Shown: positions 19,174-29,054, counted from the stretch's first letter. The stretch: 64,000 nt of DNA from Candidatus Levyibacteriota bacterium (GCA_027459745.1 DAIDHL010000001.1:13828-77827); one strand, 5' to 3'. The notes: a model not told the origin generated them from the sequence alone. A program made the numbers and translations.

Positions 19174-21484
19174 TAAAATGTTCTCAATTATTCCTTCCAA
19201 AAAACAGTCGTTTTATATCTCTATACTGAACGTTTTAAGTATAGTTATTATATTATGGCTTCCTTATTATTTATTCGGTGATAAGTTATATATTGGAGGA
19301 GATGACACGAAACTTCTTTATAGTTATCCATTTGATTACTTTCGTAACGTCTCATTTTTTTCCTGGTTTAGTTTATCTTCATTACCTATGTACGATTCTG
19401 CTCAATTTTCATTGCCGTTGGCATCATTATTGGCAATATTATTGATAATATTTAAAAGCAGTATAGTTATAAATCATCTCGCATTTTCCTTAACAATAAT
19501 TTTTGGACTGATATTTTTTCAATTACTAACTCAAGAAATTATAGAAAATAGTAGAAGCTATAGGATAGAAATTTTTCTTGGATCACTGTTCTATGTGTTA
19601 TCGCCTATATTGATGTTTGATCAATATTCTAATTTTTATTCGTCTGTTTGGTTAATAGGCTTAATCCCTTGTGTAGGATATTTTTATATAAAATTTTTAA
19701 AAACTAAAAAATTTAAATTTATATTTTTTAATATCATATTTTGTACATTGTTGTCTTTGGGTTTGGCGGCTATACCATGGTTATTGGGAACTTTATTGTC
19801 ACTTTTAGCAGGGATAGTATTTTTGTTTTTTAGATTAAAAAACAAATTAGAGATCATCAGTTTATCTACATATTTCTTCATCATAACTTTGCTATCACAG
19901 GCATTTTGGTTCTTACCTTTCTTTATGTCTTATCTTATTACTGGCAAAAATAATGCAGCTTCGCAAATATTTTCTGATAATATCGCACAAAGTTTTAACG
20001 GAACAGTCCTTACTACAGCTTCAGGTAATATATTTTACCCATTATTAAATCTATTTCATAGACAAATAGCCTTTGATTATAGCTGGCCTTTGGCATTAGT
20101 ATTTAAGTATTTTTATGATAAAATCTATTATTTAAATCTGGTCTATGTCTTTATACTAATGTTAGGTTTGATATTATTTAAACCTATTATTAATAAAAAA
20201 GAAACAAATGTTTATTTATTCATATTAATTTTCTTTACTATCTCCCTTTATTTTTTTACTGTTAATATCGGTCCATTAAAATATTTGTTTTTATTGTTAG
20301 GTAATTTGCCTGGTTTTGTAATGTTTAGAAATTTTTATGACAAATTTACCTTAGGATTTTGTTTGTCCTATGCTATACTTATCACTTTTTCTTTGATATT
20401 GATTATTAGAAAATATAAAAAATGGCGGTATTTTTTATTGCTTATAGTTTTTATACTAATTTTAGTAAACGCTATACCTATTAAACAGATTGTTGATAAA
20501 CCATTATGGACTGCAAAAAATACAGCAACTAATATAAACTTACCGATAGAATATTTGAATTTTCTCAATTCTGTGAAAAACAAAATTGGCACTACTGATA
20601 ATGTTCTTTCTCTTCCACTCAACTCAGCGGGATATGCAGTTATTAGCGACTCAAATTCTAAAGGAGTATATGCAGGTACGTCTCCACTAAAAATATTTAC
20701 CGGGATAAATGACTATGCTGGAGACTTGTCTTTTGGACAAATTTATTCAAATAGGATTAATAAGGATTTACAAGACAAAAACTATAAGGATTTTGAAAAT
20801 GTATTAAAAAGATTGGATATAAATTATGTGATTTTGAATAAAAATATACCTAAGAGCGTTAAACAATCATTTTTATTTTCTGGAAAATTAAAAACACAAG
20901 ATGAAAATTTCGTAAAATCAATTACAGATAAGAAGCTGCTATCTAGCAGTCACGATAATTACCAATTGTATTCTACTAAAATCCACTCTAGTATATTTAG
21001 TGGAGGAAATATTACATTCAAAAAAATAAATCCCATAGAATATCATTTAACCATCAATAAAGTTAATAATAATACTTCGTTAATTTTTGTTAACCCTTAC
21101 AACTCAGGGTGGAAACTATATCTAGATAAAAATCAATTAAAGTGCGGTCTGGTAATTCATAGCATAGATTCATCTAAGCAATGTCAAAGCCAAAATACTA
21201 TTAATTTACTTGACGATATTAAATACATAACTTCTCCCAGCTTGAATACTGTTCACATCAATTACCTTAACTATGCTAATAAATGGAAGATTAGCAGTGA
21301 AGATATTATCAAAAACTTTCCTAAAAATGATTATAGCTTAAATAAAGATGGGACAATTAATTTAAATCTTACAGTTTACTTTTTCCCACAATTTTATTTT
21401 TATCTAGGGGTTGTTATTTCTGGATTAACATTTGTTATCATATCTCTATATTTATTTTATGAAAAAATTAAACTTAAAGCTTAA
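19154..21484 (+). CDS. Large polytopic membrane protein (776 aa) with a C-terminal extracytoplasmic domain; candidate GT-C-like glycosyltransferase; paralog of the ORF at 22477.
   Basis: About 14 TM helices followed by a soluble domain of roughly 330 aa and a terminal TM. It shares the motif LGNLPGFVMFRNFYDKF with the ORF at 22477 (FNHIPGFIMFRDPTKW). Confidence 0.45.
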   Translation: MLADNGNKMFSIIPSKKQSFYISILNVLSIVIILWLPYYLFGDKLYIGGDDTKLLYSYPFDYFRNVSFFSWFSLSSLPMYDSAQFSLPLASLLAILLIIFKSSIVINHLAFSLTIIFGLIFFQLLTQEIIENSRSYRIEIFLGSLFYVLSPILMFDQYSNFYSSVWLIGLIPCVGYFYIKFLKTKKFKFIFFNIIFCTLLSLGLAAIPWLLGTLLSLLAGIVFLFFRLKNKLEIISLSTYFFIITLLSQAFWFLPFFMSYLITGKNNAASQIFSDNIAQSFNGTVLTTASGNIFYPLLNLFHRQIAFDYSWPLALVFKYFYDKIYYLNLVYVFILMLGLILFKPIINKKETNVYLFILIFFTISLYFFTVNIGPLKYLFLLLGNLPGFVMFRNFYDKFTLGFCLSYAILITFSLILIIRKYKKWRYFLLLIVFILILVNAIPIKQIVDKPLWTAKNTATNINLPIEYLNFLNSVKNKIGTTDNVLSLPLNSAGYAVISDSNSKGVYAGTSPLKIFTGINDYAGDLSFGQIYSNRINKDLQDKNYKDFENVLKRLDINYVILNKNIPKSVKQSFLFSGKLKTQDENFVKSITDKKLLSSSHDNYQLYSTKIHSSIFSGGNITFKKINPIEYHLTINKVNNNTSLIFVNPYNSGWKLYLDKNQLKCGLVIHSIDSSKQCQSQNTINLLDDIKYITSPSLNTVHINYLNYANKWKISSEDIIKNFPKNDYSLNKDGTINLNLTVYFFPQFYFYLGVVISGLTFVIISLYLFYEKIKLKA

Positions 21485-22475
21485 TCTTTTAATTAAGCTA
21501 ATTATCCTTCTCTTTTTGGTCTTATCTGGTTTGAGTCTTGCTGTAATATTTAATTCTGGTACTGCGTTGTCGGCCATTACTGTAAGCGAATCAGGGAATG
21601 AGCTAAGATTTTCTAATACTAATCAATTATATAAAGGTGATAGCTTGACTGGGGTGTTTACTGCTAAGAATAATTATTTAGGAATAATTTATCTTAAGTT
21701 TGATAACGTTAAAAACCTGGATTATTACAATCAATCAGATTTTATTTTTAGAATAAAGAAAGACGGGGATAAATCTTGGTATGCTGTAAATAAATATAAG
21801 TCTGGTATAATTTATAATAATAACTACTTTCCATTTGGCTTTCCTCCAATAAGAAATTCACAAAATCATCAATTCGTTTTCCAGATTATATCCTTGAATG
21901 GAAATAAAACAAACTTTATCAAGATAGATACCAGTGTCTTTAATTTCGCTGCAAGTTATATCATTCCCAAAAGTGAAATTACATCAAATATTAGTTCTTT
22001 AGCAATATTTTTTATTAGGAAAGCCTTTTATTCATTGAATAATCCATATTTTGTTTTGAACTCCTTGAAGTACTTCATCCCAGCTCTTTTTTACTTTATT
22101 TGGATTACCCTACTTAATCGTTTTACGCAAATAAAGTATTCTTTAAGTCTAATAAGTATAACAATGGTTATATTAGATATTGTTTTCTTAAATGACATTT
22201 ACAGCGGGATACTTTTGGGAGCAGTAGGCTTATGGATATGGTCAGTTGTATTATATAAACTTGAATATAGCTTATCAATTTTAGTATCTTTATTATTGAT
22301 ATTATTAGGTACATTAACACTTAATATCGCTAATCCTAGTATGACTGATAAGATCTCAACGTGGGGATATCTGTTTTTTGTTTCTGGAATAGGTTTGGCA
22401 ATTTATCAAAGTTCTAATACTAAATCAAATTATATTACTATGAGACGATTTTTAAAGGATTTATCTAAAATCTAA
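21432..22475 (+). CDS. Hypothetical membrane protein: N-terminal TM, central extracytoplasmic domain, C-terminal TM bundle.
   Basis: ORF track and hydrophobicity pattern. The probable start is the internal MKKLNLKLN. Confidence 0.4.
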   Translation: MLSYLYIYFMKKLNLKLNLLIKLIILLFLVLSGLSLAVIFNSGTALSAITVSESGNELRFSNTNQLYKGDSLTGVFTAKNNYLGIIYLKFDNVKNLDYYNQSDFIFRIKKDGDKSWYAVNKYKSGIIYNNNYFPFGFPPIRNSQNHQFVFQIISLNGNKTNFIKIDTSVFNFAASYIIPKSEITSNISSLAIFFIRKAFYSLNNPYFVLNSLKYFIPALFYFIWITLLNRFTQIKYSLSLISITMVILDIVFLNDIYSGILLGAVGLWIWSVVLYKLEYSLSILVSLLLILLGTLTLNIANPSMTDKISTWGYLFFVSGIGLAIYQSSNTKSNYITMRRFLKDLSKI

Positions 22476-22476
22476 T

Positions 22477-24567
22477 ATGAAACATTGGATATTTAATTTA
22501 CTTTTTCTTCTTGTAATTATTAGAATTATCTTTCATGCCTGGTTTTTACCTGGAAGCCTTAACGGTGGAGACACTTGGTATTCAACACTATTATATTATC
22601 AACAGAATGAATTGCATCTTTGGGCTTGGCTGCCTACTTCTGGTAATGGTTTAGGAGCTTTCAACGCGTTTTTTAATTGGATTAGTTTATATTACCAGGT
22701 CCCGATAGCGTTTTTAGAAGGGATTTTTCATCTAAACTTATCATGGATTGAGCGTATAGGTTTTGTCTATCCATATTTGATTGTAGGAATTATTTCATCG
22801 ATATATTTAAGCAAGCTATTTAACAGAACTTCAAGCCTGTTATTTTTATTTAGTTTGATATTCATTTTTAATACATATTCACTCATGTTAATTTCGGGGC
22901 AGGTAGAATTAGCTTTAGCTTATGTCTTATCAGCATGGATTGTGTATCTTTTCTTAAATATTGTAAATAAAAGGCCAAACAGACAGACATATTTGTTCGC
23001 TTGTCTTCTTCTTTCGTTTCAAACCACAATAGACCCTAGAATTACCTACATAACTCTGTTAGCGATATTCTTATATTTTGTATTATATTTTATTCTAACT
23101 TTCCGTAACGATTATAAATTTTTTCATCGGATAATTAAGATTACATTTAAAATATTTATAATACCTGGAATCATTGATTTTTTAATAAACTCATACTGGT
23201 TACTACCGACAATAATCAATCACCAGAGTCCCCTTACTCAGTTAGGCTCTGCATATACTGAAACTGCTTCTGTGCAATATTTTAGTTTCGCAAAACTAGA
23301 AAATTCGATATCCCTACTGCATCCAAACTGGCCTGAAAATATATTTGGTTTGACACATTTTATGCAACCTGAGTTTATAATTTTGCCGATTTTGGCATTT
23401 ATCTCTTTACTGTTTATCAAAAGTGTTAATAGACAAGAAAAGATATACATTCTTTACTTTAGTCTACTTACTTTAATTGGATCCTTCTTGGCAAAAGGAG
23501 CTAATGCTCCATTGGGTATTCTTTATATGTGGATGTTTAATCATATACCCGGTTTTATTATGTTCCGTGATCCAACTAAATGGTATGTGTTAGTAGCGCT
23601 TGGATTTTCAGTATTAATTCCCTTCACTATTTTTAAAATTTATGAACTGTTAAAAACATGGGAAAACTTTAACATAAAAAAATATCTGGTTAGATTAAAT
23701 TTAAATAATAGTTTTTTTAATTTGTATAATTTATTTCTGTTTTTAGTTATTTTTTATCTACTTGTACTGATTATGCCTGCTTTATTTGGACAATTGACGG
23801 GTATGTTGAAGTCGACTCCCGTACCGATCGATTATGTCAATTTAGAAAAGTTTCTTAGTAATAAAAACAGGTTTTCAAGGACATTATGGATTCCGGTTAC
23901 ACAACGTTTTGGATATTATTCAAATACACATCCTGAAATAAGTGGAGAAAGTTTTTATAACATCTATGATCCAACGAAAGTTGTAAGTGAACTTAAATCT
24001 AATTCTGCTCAAATACAATTACAGGAAGCAGGTGTAGCATATGTAATTGTTCCTTATGATTCCGAAGGAGAAATATTTTTAAATGATCGTAAATATGATT
24101 CAAATTTATATGAGAAAACTATCGATCAGTTGAATAAGATTAAATGGCTCAAGGCTATTCCAGGTTTCGGTAGCGTAAAAGTATTCCAAGTCTCAAATTT
24201 TAAAAATCACTTCTGGTCACCCGATAAAATGTCTGTAAGTTATAAATATGTAAGCCCAGTTGAATATAAAGTTAATATAAGTAACGCCTCACATGGAGAT
24301 AAATTAGTTTTCGTTGAAGGATATGACTCTAATTGGGAGTTGGTAGATTCTAATAACCATATTATTCATTCTGGTGTATATGATCATCGATATAATAGTT
24401 TCTTGATCCCTGATAATGGCACCTACACAGTTTATTATTCCCCACAAATCTGGGTGGATAGGGGAGTAATTATTAGTCTAATTAGTTTGGGAATAAGTCT
24501 AATAATCCTCTTATATTTAACCTTTAAATCGAAGCTAAAAACTTTGTTTAAGTTCAGATTAAGCTAG
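22477..24567 (+). CDS. Large polytopic membrane protein (696 aa) with a C-terminal extracytoplasmic domain; paralog of the ORF at 19154.
   Basis: Multi-TM N-terminus with the shared PGF[VI]MFR motif and a soluble C-terminal domain. Confidence 0.45.
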   Translation: MKHWIFNLLFLLVIIRIIFHAWFLPGSLNGGDTWYSTLLYYQQNELHLWAWLPTSGNGLGAFNAFFNWISLYYQVPIAFLEGIFHLNLSWIERIGFVYPYLIVGIISSIYLSKLFNRTSSLLFLFSLIFIFNTYSLMLISGQVELALAYVLSAWIVYLFLNIVNKRPNRQTYLFACLLLSFQTTIDPRITYITLLAIFLYFVLYFILTFRNDYKFFHRIIKITFKIFIIPGIIDFLINSYWLLPTIINHQSPLTQLGSAYTETASVQYFSFAKLENSISLLHPNWPENIFGLTHFMQPEFIILPILAFISLLFIKSVNRQEKIYILYFSLLTLIGSFLAKGANAPLGILYMWMFNHIPGFIMFRDPTKWYVLVALGFSVLIPFTIFKIYELLKTWENFNIKKYLVRLNLNNSFFNLYNLFLFLVIFYLLVLIMPALFGQLTGMLKSTPVPIDYVNLEKFLSNKNRFSRTLWIPVTQRFGYYSNTHPEISGESFYNIYDPTKVVSELKSNSAQIQLQEAGVAYVIVPYDSEGEIFLNDRKYDSNLYEKTIDQLNKIKWLKAIPGFGSVKVFQVSNFKNHFWSPDKMSVSYKYVSPVEYKVNISNASHGDKLVFVEGYDSNWELVDSNNHIIHSGVYDHRYNSFLIPDNGTYTVYYSPQIWVDRGVIISLISLGISLIILLYLTFKSKLKTLFKFRLS

Positions 24568-24625
24568 AATTCAGATTTTATTGTTAAGGTTTGGTTTTAG
24601 CCTTATATCATGCTAAAATACGCCT

Positions 24626-25555
24626 ATGATCAGTTATGTAATTCCAGTCTACAACGAGGAAGAGAGTTTGTCCGCATTTTATAAAGAACTCAAAAAAGTT
24701 ATAAGCAAGATAAAAGATTCAGCTGAAATTATTTTTATTGATGACGGTTCTACAGATTCTTCTTTAAGATTATTAAAAGATTTATCTAAAAAAGATAAAT
24801 TTGTTAGAATATTTTCTTTTCGCAAAAATCAGGGTAAAGCAGAAGCTTTAACGCTTGGTTTTCAAAAAGCAAAAGGAGAATATGCAGTAACACTAGATGC
24901 AGATTTACAAGATCGTCCAAGTGAAATAAGTAAACTACTAAAACTTATTAAACAGGATGAGTGGGATATGGTTAGTGGATGGCGATATAAACGACAGGAT
25001 AGTAAGCAAAAAGTAATTTCCTCTAAATTTTTCAATTACCTAGCGCGTAATTTTTGGGGATTATATTTGCATGATTATAATTGTGGGCTAAAAGCATACA
25101 CCTCAGAATGCGCTAAATCTTTAAAACTGTATGGAGGTTTTCACCGTTTTATCCCACTTCTGGCTTATCAGGAAGGATTTCAGGTAACTGAAGTAGCCAT
25201 TGAACATGACAAAAGAAAATTTGGCAAGTCTAAATTCGGGTTTTCCAAGGTTTGGAAGGATCTGCCTGATATCTTTACCATGCTATTTTTGTATAAATAT
25301 AGTAAAAGACCCATGCACTTTTTTGGTATGTTGGGAGGAATAATATTTTTAATAGGTCTTGGAATTTTAATCTACTTGTCTATTATGCATTTTATTGGCT
25401 ATACAATAGGAGATAGACCGCTTTTAACTTATGGAATGCTATTTTTATTAGCCGGGTTACAATCCTTCTTGACTGGATTTTTAGCAGACCTCATAATAAA
25501 CACATCAGCCAAAGAAATTACGCATCATCCACTGCGTTTCTCGACTGATGTTTAA
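24626..25555 (+). CDS. Polyprenol-phosphate glycosyltransferase of the Dpm1/GtrB/ArnC type: a GT2 domain with a C-terminal TM pair.
   Basis: MISYVIPVYNEEESL...IFIDDGSTDSS...TLDADLQDRP. The C-terminus has two TM helices (MHFFGMLGGIIFLIGLGILIYL..., LLTYGMLFLLAGLQSFLTGFLADL), the classic architecture of polyprenyl-phosphate sugar synthases. Confidence 0.75.
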   Translation: MISYVIPVYNEEESLSAFYKELKKVISKIKDSAEIIFIDDGSTDSSLRLLKDLSKKDKFVRIFSFRKNQGKAEALTLGFQKAKGEYAVTLDADLQDRPSEISKLLKLIKQDEWDMVSGWRYKRQDSKQKVISSKFFNYLARNFWGLYLHDYNCGLKAYTSECAKSLKLYGGFHRFIPLLAYQEGFQVTEVAIEHDKRKFGKSKFGFSKVWKDLPDIFTMLFLYKYSKRPMHFFGMLGGIIFLIGLGILIYLSIMHFIGYTIGDRPLLTYGMLFLLAGLQSFLTGFLADLIINTSAKEITHHPLRFSTDV

Positions 25556-25776
25556 TGAAGATTCAAGATATTATCTTTTTAGTTATTCTGATCGCTTTTT
25601 TGTATAAAGCGAAACCTAACTGGTTTGTAGGAGCTGGGTTAGTAAGTTTTCTTATCTCCATTCCGCTTTTTGCTTTGCATATATTTTTTACCGCTGAAAG
25701 ATTAGTGTGGTATGCAGCAGGATTTTTGTTTGTAGCAGTTATAGTTAATTTATACCAAATGATGAGAGACAAATAA
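25555..25776 (+). CDS. Small 2-TM membrane protein (73 aa).
   Basis: Two hydrophobic helices. It is translationally coupled to the upstream polyprenol-P glycosyltransferase (ATG overlaps the stop). Confidence 0.4.
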   Translation: MKIQDIIFLVILIAFLYKAKPNWFVGAGLVSFLISIPLFALHIFFTAERLVWYAAGFLFVAVIVNLYQMMRDK

Positions 25777-25779
25777 GCT

Positions 25780-26316
25780 ATGAAAATAGGGGTTGATATT
25801 AGTCAATTAGTCTATATTAATACAGGCGTAGCAAACTATCTATCACAACTGATAGGTCATTTGTTGGACAAGGATCGGGAAAATGAATATATTTTGTTCT
25901 TTTCTTCGTTGCGCGGTAATATCCAAAGATTAGACTTAAATTTAGCGTCAAAAAAAAATGTTTCACTAAAAAAATATAATTTTCCTCCCGGTTTGTTGGA
26001 TTTACTTTGGAATAAAATGCATGTGATGCCGATCGAGTGGCTTATCGGAGATATCGATGTGTTTATTACTTCCGACTGGACTGAACCACCCAGTTTAAAG
26101 GCTAAAAAAATCTCCATTCTTTACGATCTGATTGTTTATACAAATCCCCAAGAGACGGATAAGAAAATTATCCAGACCCAGAAAAGAAAGTTAAAATGGG
26201 CGGTTAAAGAAGATAGCAGATTTATTTGTATTTCTGAATCAACTAAAAAAGATGCAGAAAAATGGCTTAATTTGTCCAGAGATAAGTTAGAGGTGGTTTA
26301 TCCGGGGGTTAAATAA
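25780..26316 (+). pseudogene. Truncated GT4 N-terminal domain. It looks like a partial tandem duplicate of the following gene, as either a pseudogene or a stand-alone N-domain.
   Basis: The 178-aa product aligns in pattern with residues 1 to about 175 of the ORF at 26319. Both begin M(K/L)IG(V/I)D and end ...KL/KVVV(I)YPG(V/I)K, and the C-terminal GT-B domain is absent. Confidence 0.45.
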
Positions 26317-26318
26317 AT

Positions 26319-27455
26319 ATGTTAATAGGAATTGATGGCAACGAAGCAAATGTAACAAAAAGAGTAGGTGTGAGCGAGTTTGCTTATGAATTGATTAATC
26401 AATTTGCACAAATGGATAATCAGGACTCTAGCTTCAGAATTTATCTTAAAGAACAGCCATTGGATGACTTCCCAACACAAACTAATAATTGGAGATACAA
26501 AGTGTTTGGTCCCAAAAAAATGTGGACACAATTTGCGTTACCTACGCGTCTATTACTTGAAACAAAAAAACCGGATGTATTCTTCACTCCTTCTCACTAT
26601 GCACCAAGATTATCCTTGTGCCCTACGGTAATATCAATTATGGATTTAGCATTTATCCATTTTTCACAGTATTTTGCCAAAAAAGACCTATATCAGCTTC
26701 AGAATTGGACTAAATATTCCGTGAAAAATGCAGTAAAAATCATTACTATAAGCGAAGCGAGCAAATCTGATATACTCAAGGAGTACGGTGTTGATCGGGA
26801 TAAAGTTGTAGTGATTTATCCTGGTATCAAGCCCAAAATGGATATGTCAACCTTAGAACCACATATTTATAAATGGCAAGAAGTTCAACGTAAATTTGAA
26901 ATTGCAGATAGGTATTTGCTGTTTGTCAGCACTCTCCAACCACGAAAGAATGCTGCTCGTTTGATTGAAGCATTTTCCCAACTTAAAGCTGTTAAAAAAG
27001 GTGAATTGCAATTGCTCATCGTGGGTAAAAAAGGTTGGCTATATGAAGAAATTTTGGCCGCCCCAGAAAAGTTTGGTGTAGAAAAGGAAGTAAAGTTTTT
27101 GGACTTTGTAAATAATGAGGACTTGGAAGTTTTATATAGGAATGCTCAGTTGTTTGTTTACCCCAGTCTGTATGAAGGATTTGGTTTACCAGTGGTTGAA
27201 GCGATGAGATATGATTGTCCAGTTGTAACCAGCAATGTCAGTAGCTTGCCTGAGGCAGGAGGAGACGCTGCATTATATTTTGATCCACTTAATGTTGACG
27301 ATATGACCAAGGTCATAGAAAAAGTTTTGAATGAGCCAGAGCTACGAAAGAAAATGATAGCCAAGGGACATGCACAAATTTTAAAATTCAGCTGGGAGAA
27401 AGCAGCTAAGGAGACGCTAGAGGTGTTGAGAGAGGTAGCGGGGAAGAAGGGGTAG
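26319..27455 (+). CDS. Glycosyltransferase family 4 (GT-B).
   Basis: EGFGLPVVEAMRYDCPVVTSNVSSLPE motif. Confidence 0.8.
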   Translation: MLIGIDGNEANVTKRVGVSEFAYELINQFAQMDNQDSSFRIYLKEQPLDDFPTQTNNWRYKVFGPKKMWTQFALPTRLLLETKKPDVFFTPSHYAPRLSLCPTVISIMDLAFIHFSQYFAKKDLYQLQNWTKYSVKNAVKIITISEASKSDILKEYGVDRDKVVVIYPGIKPKMDMSTLEPHIYKWQEVQRKFEIADRYLLFVSTLQPRKNAARLIEAFSQLKAVKKGELQLLIVGKKGWLYEEILAAPEKFGVEKEVKFLDFVNNEDLEVLYRNAQLFVYPSLYEGFGLPVVEAMRYDCPVVTSNVSSLPEAGGDAALYFDPLNVDDMTKVIEKVLNEPELRKKMIAKGHAQILKFSWEKAAKETLEVLREVAGKKG

Positions 27456-27497
27456 ATCCTTCGACTCGCCCCGATTTAATCGGTGCTCGCTCAGGAT

Positions 27498-27531
27498 GAC
27501 AGAAAAAGTGGGAAATTTTACTTTTTCTGTC
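27498..27531 (+). terminator. Stem-loop with a 12-bp perfect stem: a candidate intrinsic terminator or RNA structure.
   Basis: GACAGAAAAAGT(27498-27509), a 10-nt loop, then ACTTTTTCTGTC(27520-27531). It lies in the 108-nt gap after the GT4 gene. No strong U-tract follows. Confidence 0.4.
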
Positions 27532-27563
27532 AAGTAAATTACAGTTGATTACATTAATAAATT

Positions 27564-28169
27564 ATGCAAGATAAAACTGGGAAATCATTATCAGCGAACG
27601 AAATTATGAGTAAAGGAACAGGGCGTTTGAATGCAATTTTTATGGAATTGGGTAATATGCTGGAAATGTGGGTTGGTTATATACCTGTGCACCATGTTAG
27701 AAGATTTTTCTATCGTTTAGGTGGCATGCGTATAGGTAGTGGTTCGTCAATTCATACTGGTACGCGCTTTTATAATTTAGGTAATATTGCTGTAGGTAAG
27801 GATACGATTATTGGCGAAGGGGCAGTTCTAGATGGACGCTCAAAATTACAAATTGGTGATCATGTAGATATTGCCTCAGAAGTCATGATCTACAATGCGG
27901 AACATAATATCAATGCTGAACATTTTGCCGATGCTGATAGCGTCGTTCAGGCGCCAGTGATTATTGAAGATTATGTGTTTATCGGCCCAAGGGCAATAAT
28001 TTTACCAGGCGTGACTATTGGCAAAGGGGCAATCGTAGCAGCAGGTGCAGTTGTAACTAAAGATATCCCTGAATATGCTATTGTAGGCGGTGTACCCGCT
28101 AAGATAATTGGTGAGAGGCAAAATAAGGATTTACATTACAAATTAGGGCGAGCAGCTTGGTTTCGTTAA
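27564..28169 (+). CDS. Hexapeptide-repeat (left-handed beta-helix) acetyltransferase, candidate sugar O-acetyltransferase.
   Basis: Repeated [LIV]G-x-x-x-x hexads: IGDHVDIASEVMI...GPRAIILPGVTIGKGAIVAAGAVVTKDIPEYAIVGGVPAKII. Confidence 0.75.
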   Translation: MQDKTGKSLSANEIMSKGTGRLNAIFMELGNMLEMWVGYIPVHHVRRFFYRLGGMRIGSGSSIHTGTRFYNLGNIAVGKDTIIGEGAVLDGRSKLQIGDHVDIASEVMIYNAEHNINAEHFADADSVVQAPVIIEDYVFIGPRAIILPGVTIGKGAIVAAGAVVTKDIPEYAIVGGVPAKIIGERQNKDLHYKLGRAAWFR

Positions 28170-28178
28170 CTCTTCGTT

Positions 28179-29054
28179 ATGCAACTTTCTATCATCACGT
28201 TAAATTTTCGTAAGCCATTGTTAACCTTGGCTTGTATCGCCTCATTATACAAAACATATAGTAAAGAATTTGCTGAAGATAAATTTGAAGTAATTATAGT
28301 AGACAATTTTTCTCAAGATAATTCAGTTGAGGTGATCAAAGCAGAACTTAAGAAGAAAAATTACAAAAATTGTCATTTATTAGAAAATAGTAAAAATGCG
28401 GGTTTTGGAGCTGGAAATAACTTTGGCGTTACTAAAGCAAAAGGAGAGGCTGTTGTTTTTTTGAATAACGATACAGAGGTTAAAGATGGTTTGCAAGAAA
28501 TGCTTAATTTTCTAATGAGTCACAAAGAGGTAACAATTTTAGGTGGACAATTAAAAAATGATGATGGTTCACTGCAAAATTCAAGCGGTAAATTCTATAC
28601 TCTTTGGAATTTAGCCTTATTTTTACTCGGTTTGCAAAATTTTGGTTTAGTTGACAAAAGTCCTGCTCATATAGCAGAAGTGGATTGGGTGAAAGGTGCC
28701 CTTTTGATGATTAGGAGAGAAGCTTTTGAAGTATTAGAAGGATTTGATGAGCATATTTTTATGTATTTAGAAGATATGGAGCTATGTTTTAGAGCCAGAA
28801 AAAAAGGCTATAAAGTGTTCTTTTATCCTAATGTCAATATAATTCACCAAGATCAGGGTAGCTCTAATCGGACCTTTGCAATTATAAATATTTATAAGAA
28901 TATGCTGTACTTTTACGCCAAGCATAAAAGTAGTGTAGAATATATATTAGCTAAGTACATGCTGCTAATTAAAGCATATTTTGTTATACTTGTGGGTATG
29001 CTTTTAAATAAAAAGGAATTAGTTTCAAGGTATAAAGCAGCAATAAAATTCTAA
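28179..29054 (+). CDS. Glycosyltransferase family 2.
   Basis: LSIITLNFRKP...VIIVDNFSQDNS...FLNNDTEV, a GT2 signature. Confidence 0.7.
   Translation: MQLSIITLNFRKPLLTLACIASLYKTYSKEFAEDKFEVIIVDNFSQDNSVEVIKAELKKKNYKNCHLLENSKNAGFGAGNNFGVTKAKGEAVVFLNNDTEVKDGLQEMLNFLMSHKEVTILGGQLKNDDGSLQNSSGKFYTLWNLALFLLGLQNFGLVDKSPAHIAEVDWVKGALLMIRREAFEVLEGFDEHIFMYLEDMELCFRARKKGYKVFFYPNVNIIHQDQGSSNRTFAIINIYKNMLYFYAKHKSSVEYILAKYMLLIKAYFVILVGMLLNKKELVSRYKAAIKF

Noticed and set aside
25563-25772. The minus-strand 69-aa ORF overlapping the small 2-TM gene.
   Set aside because: It is antisense to a translationally coupled plus-strand ORF that has a hydrophobic 2-TM product. The minus-strand translation has no recognisable features.
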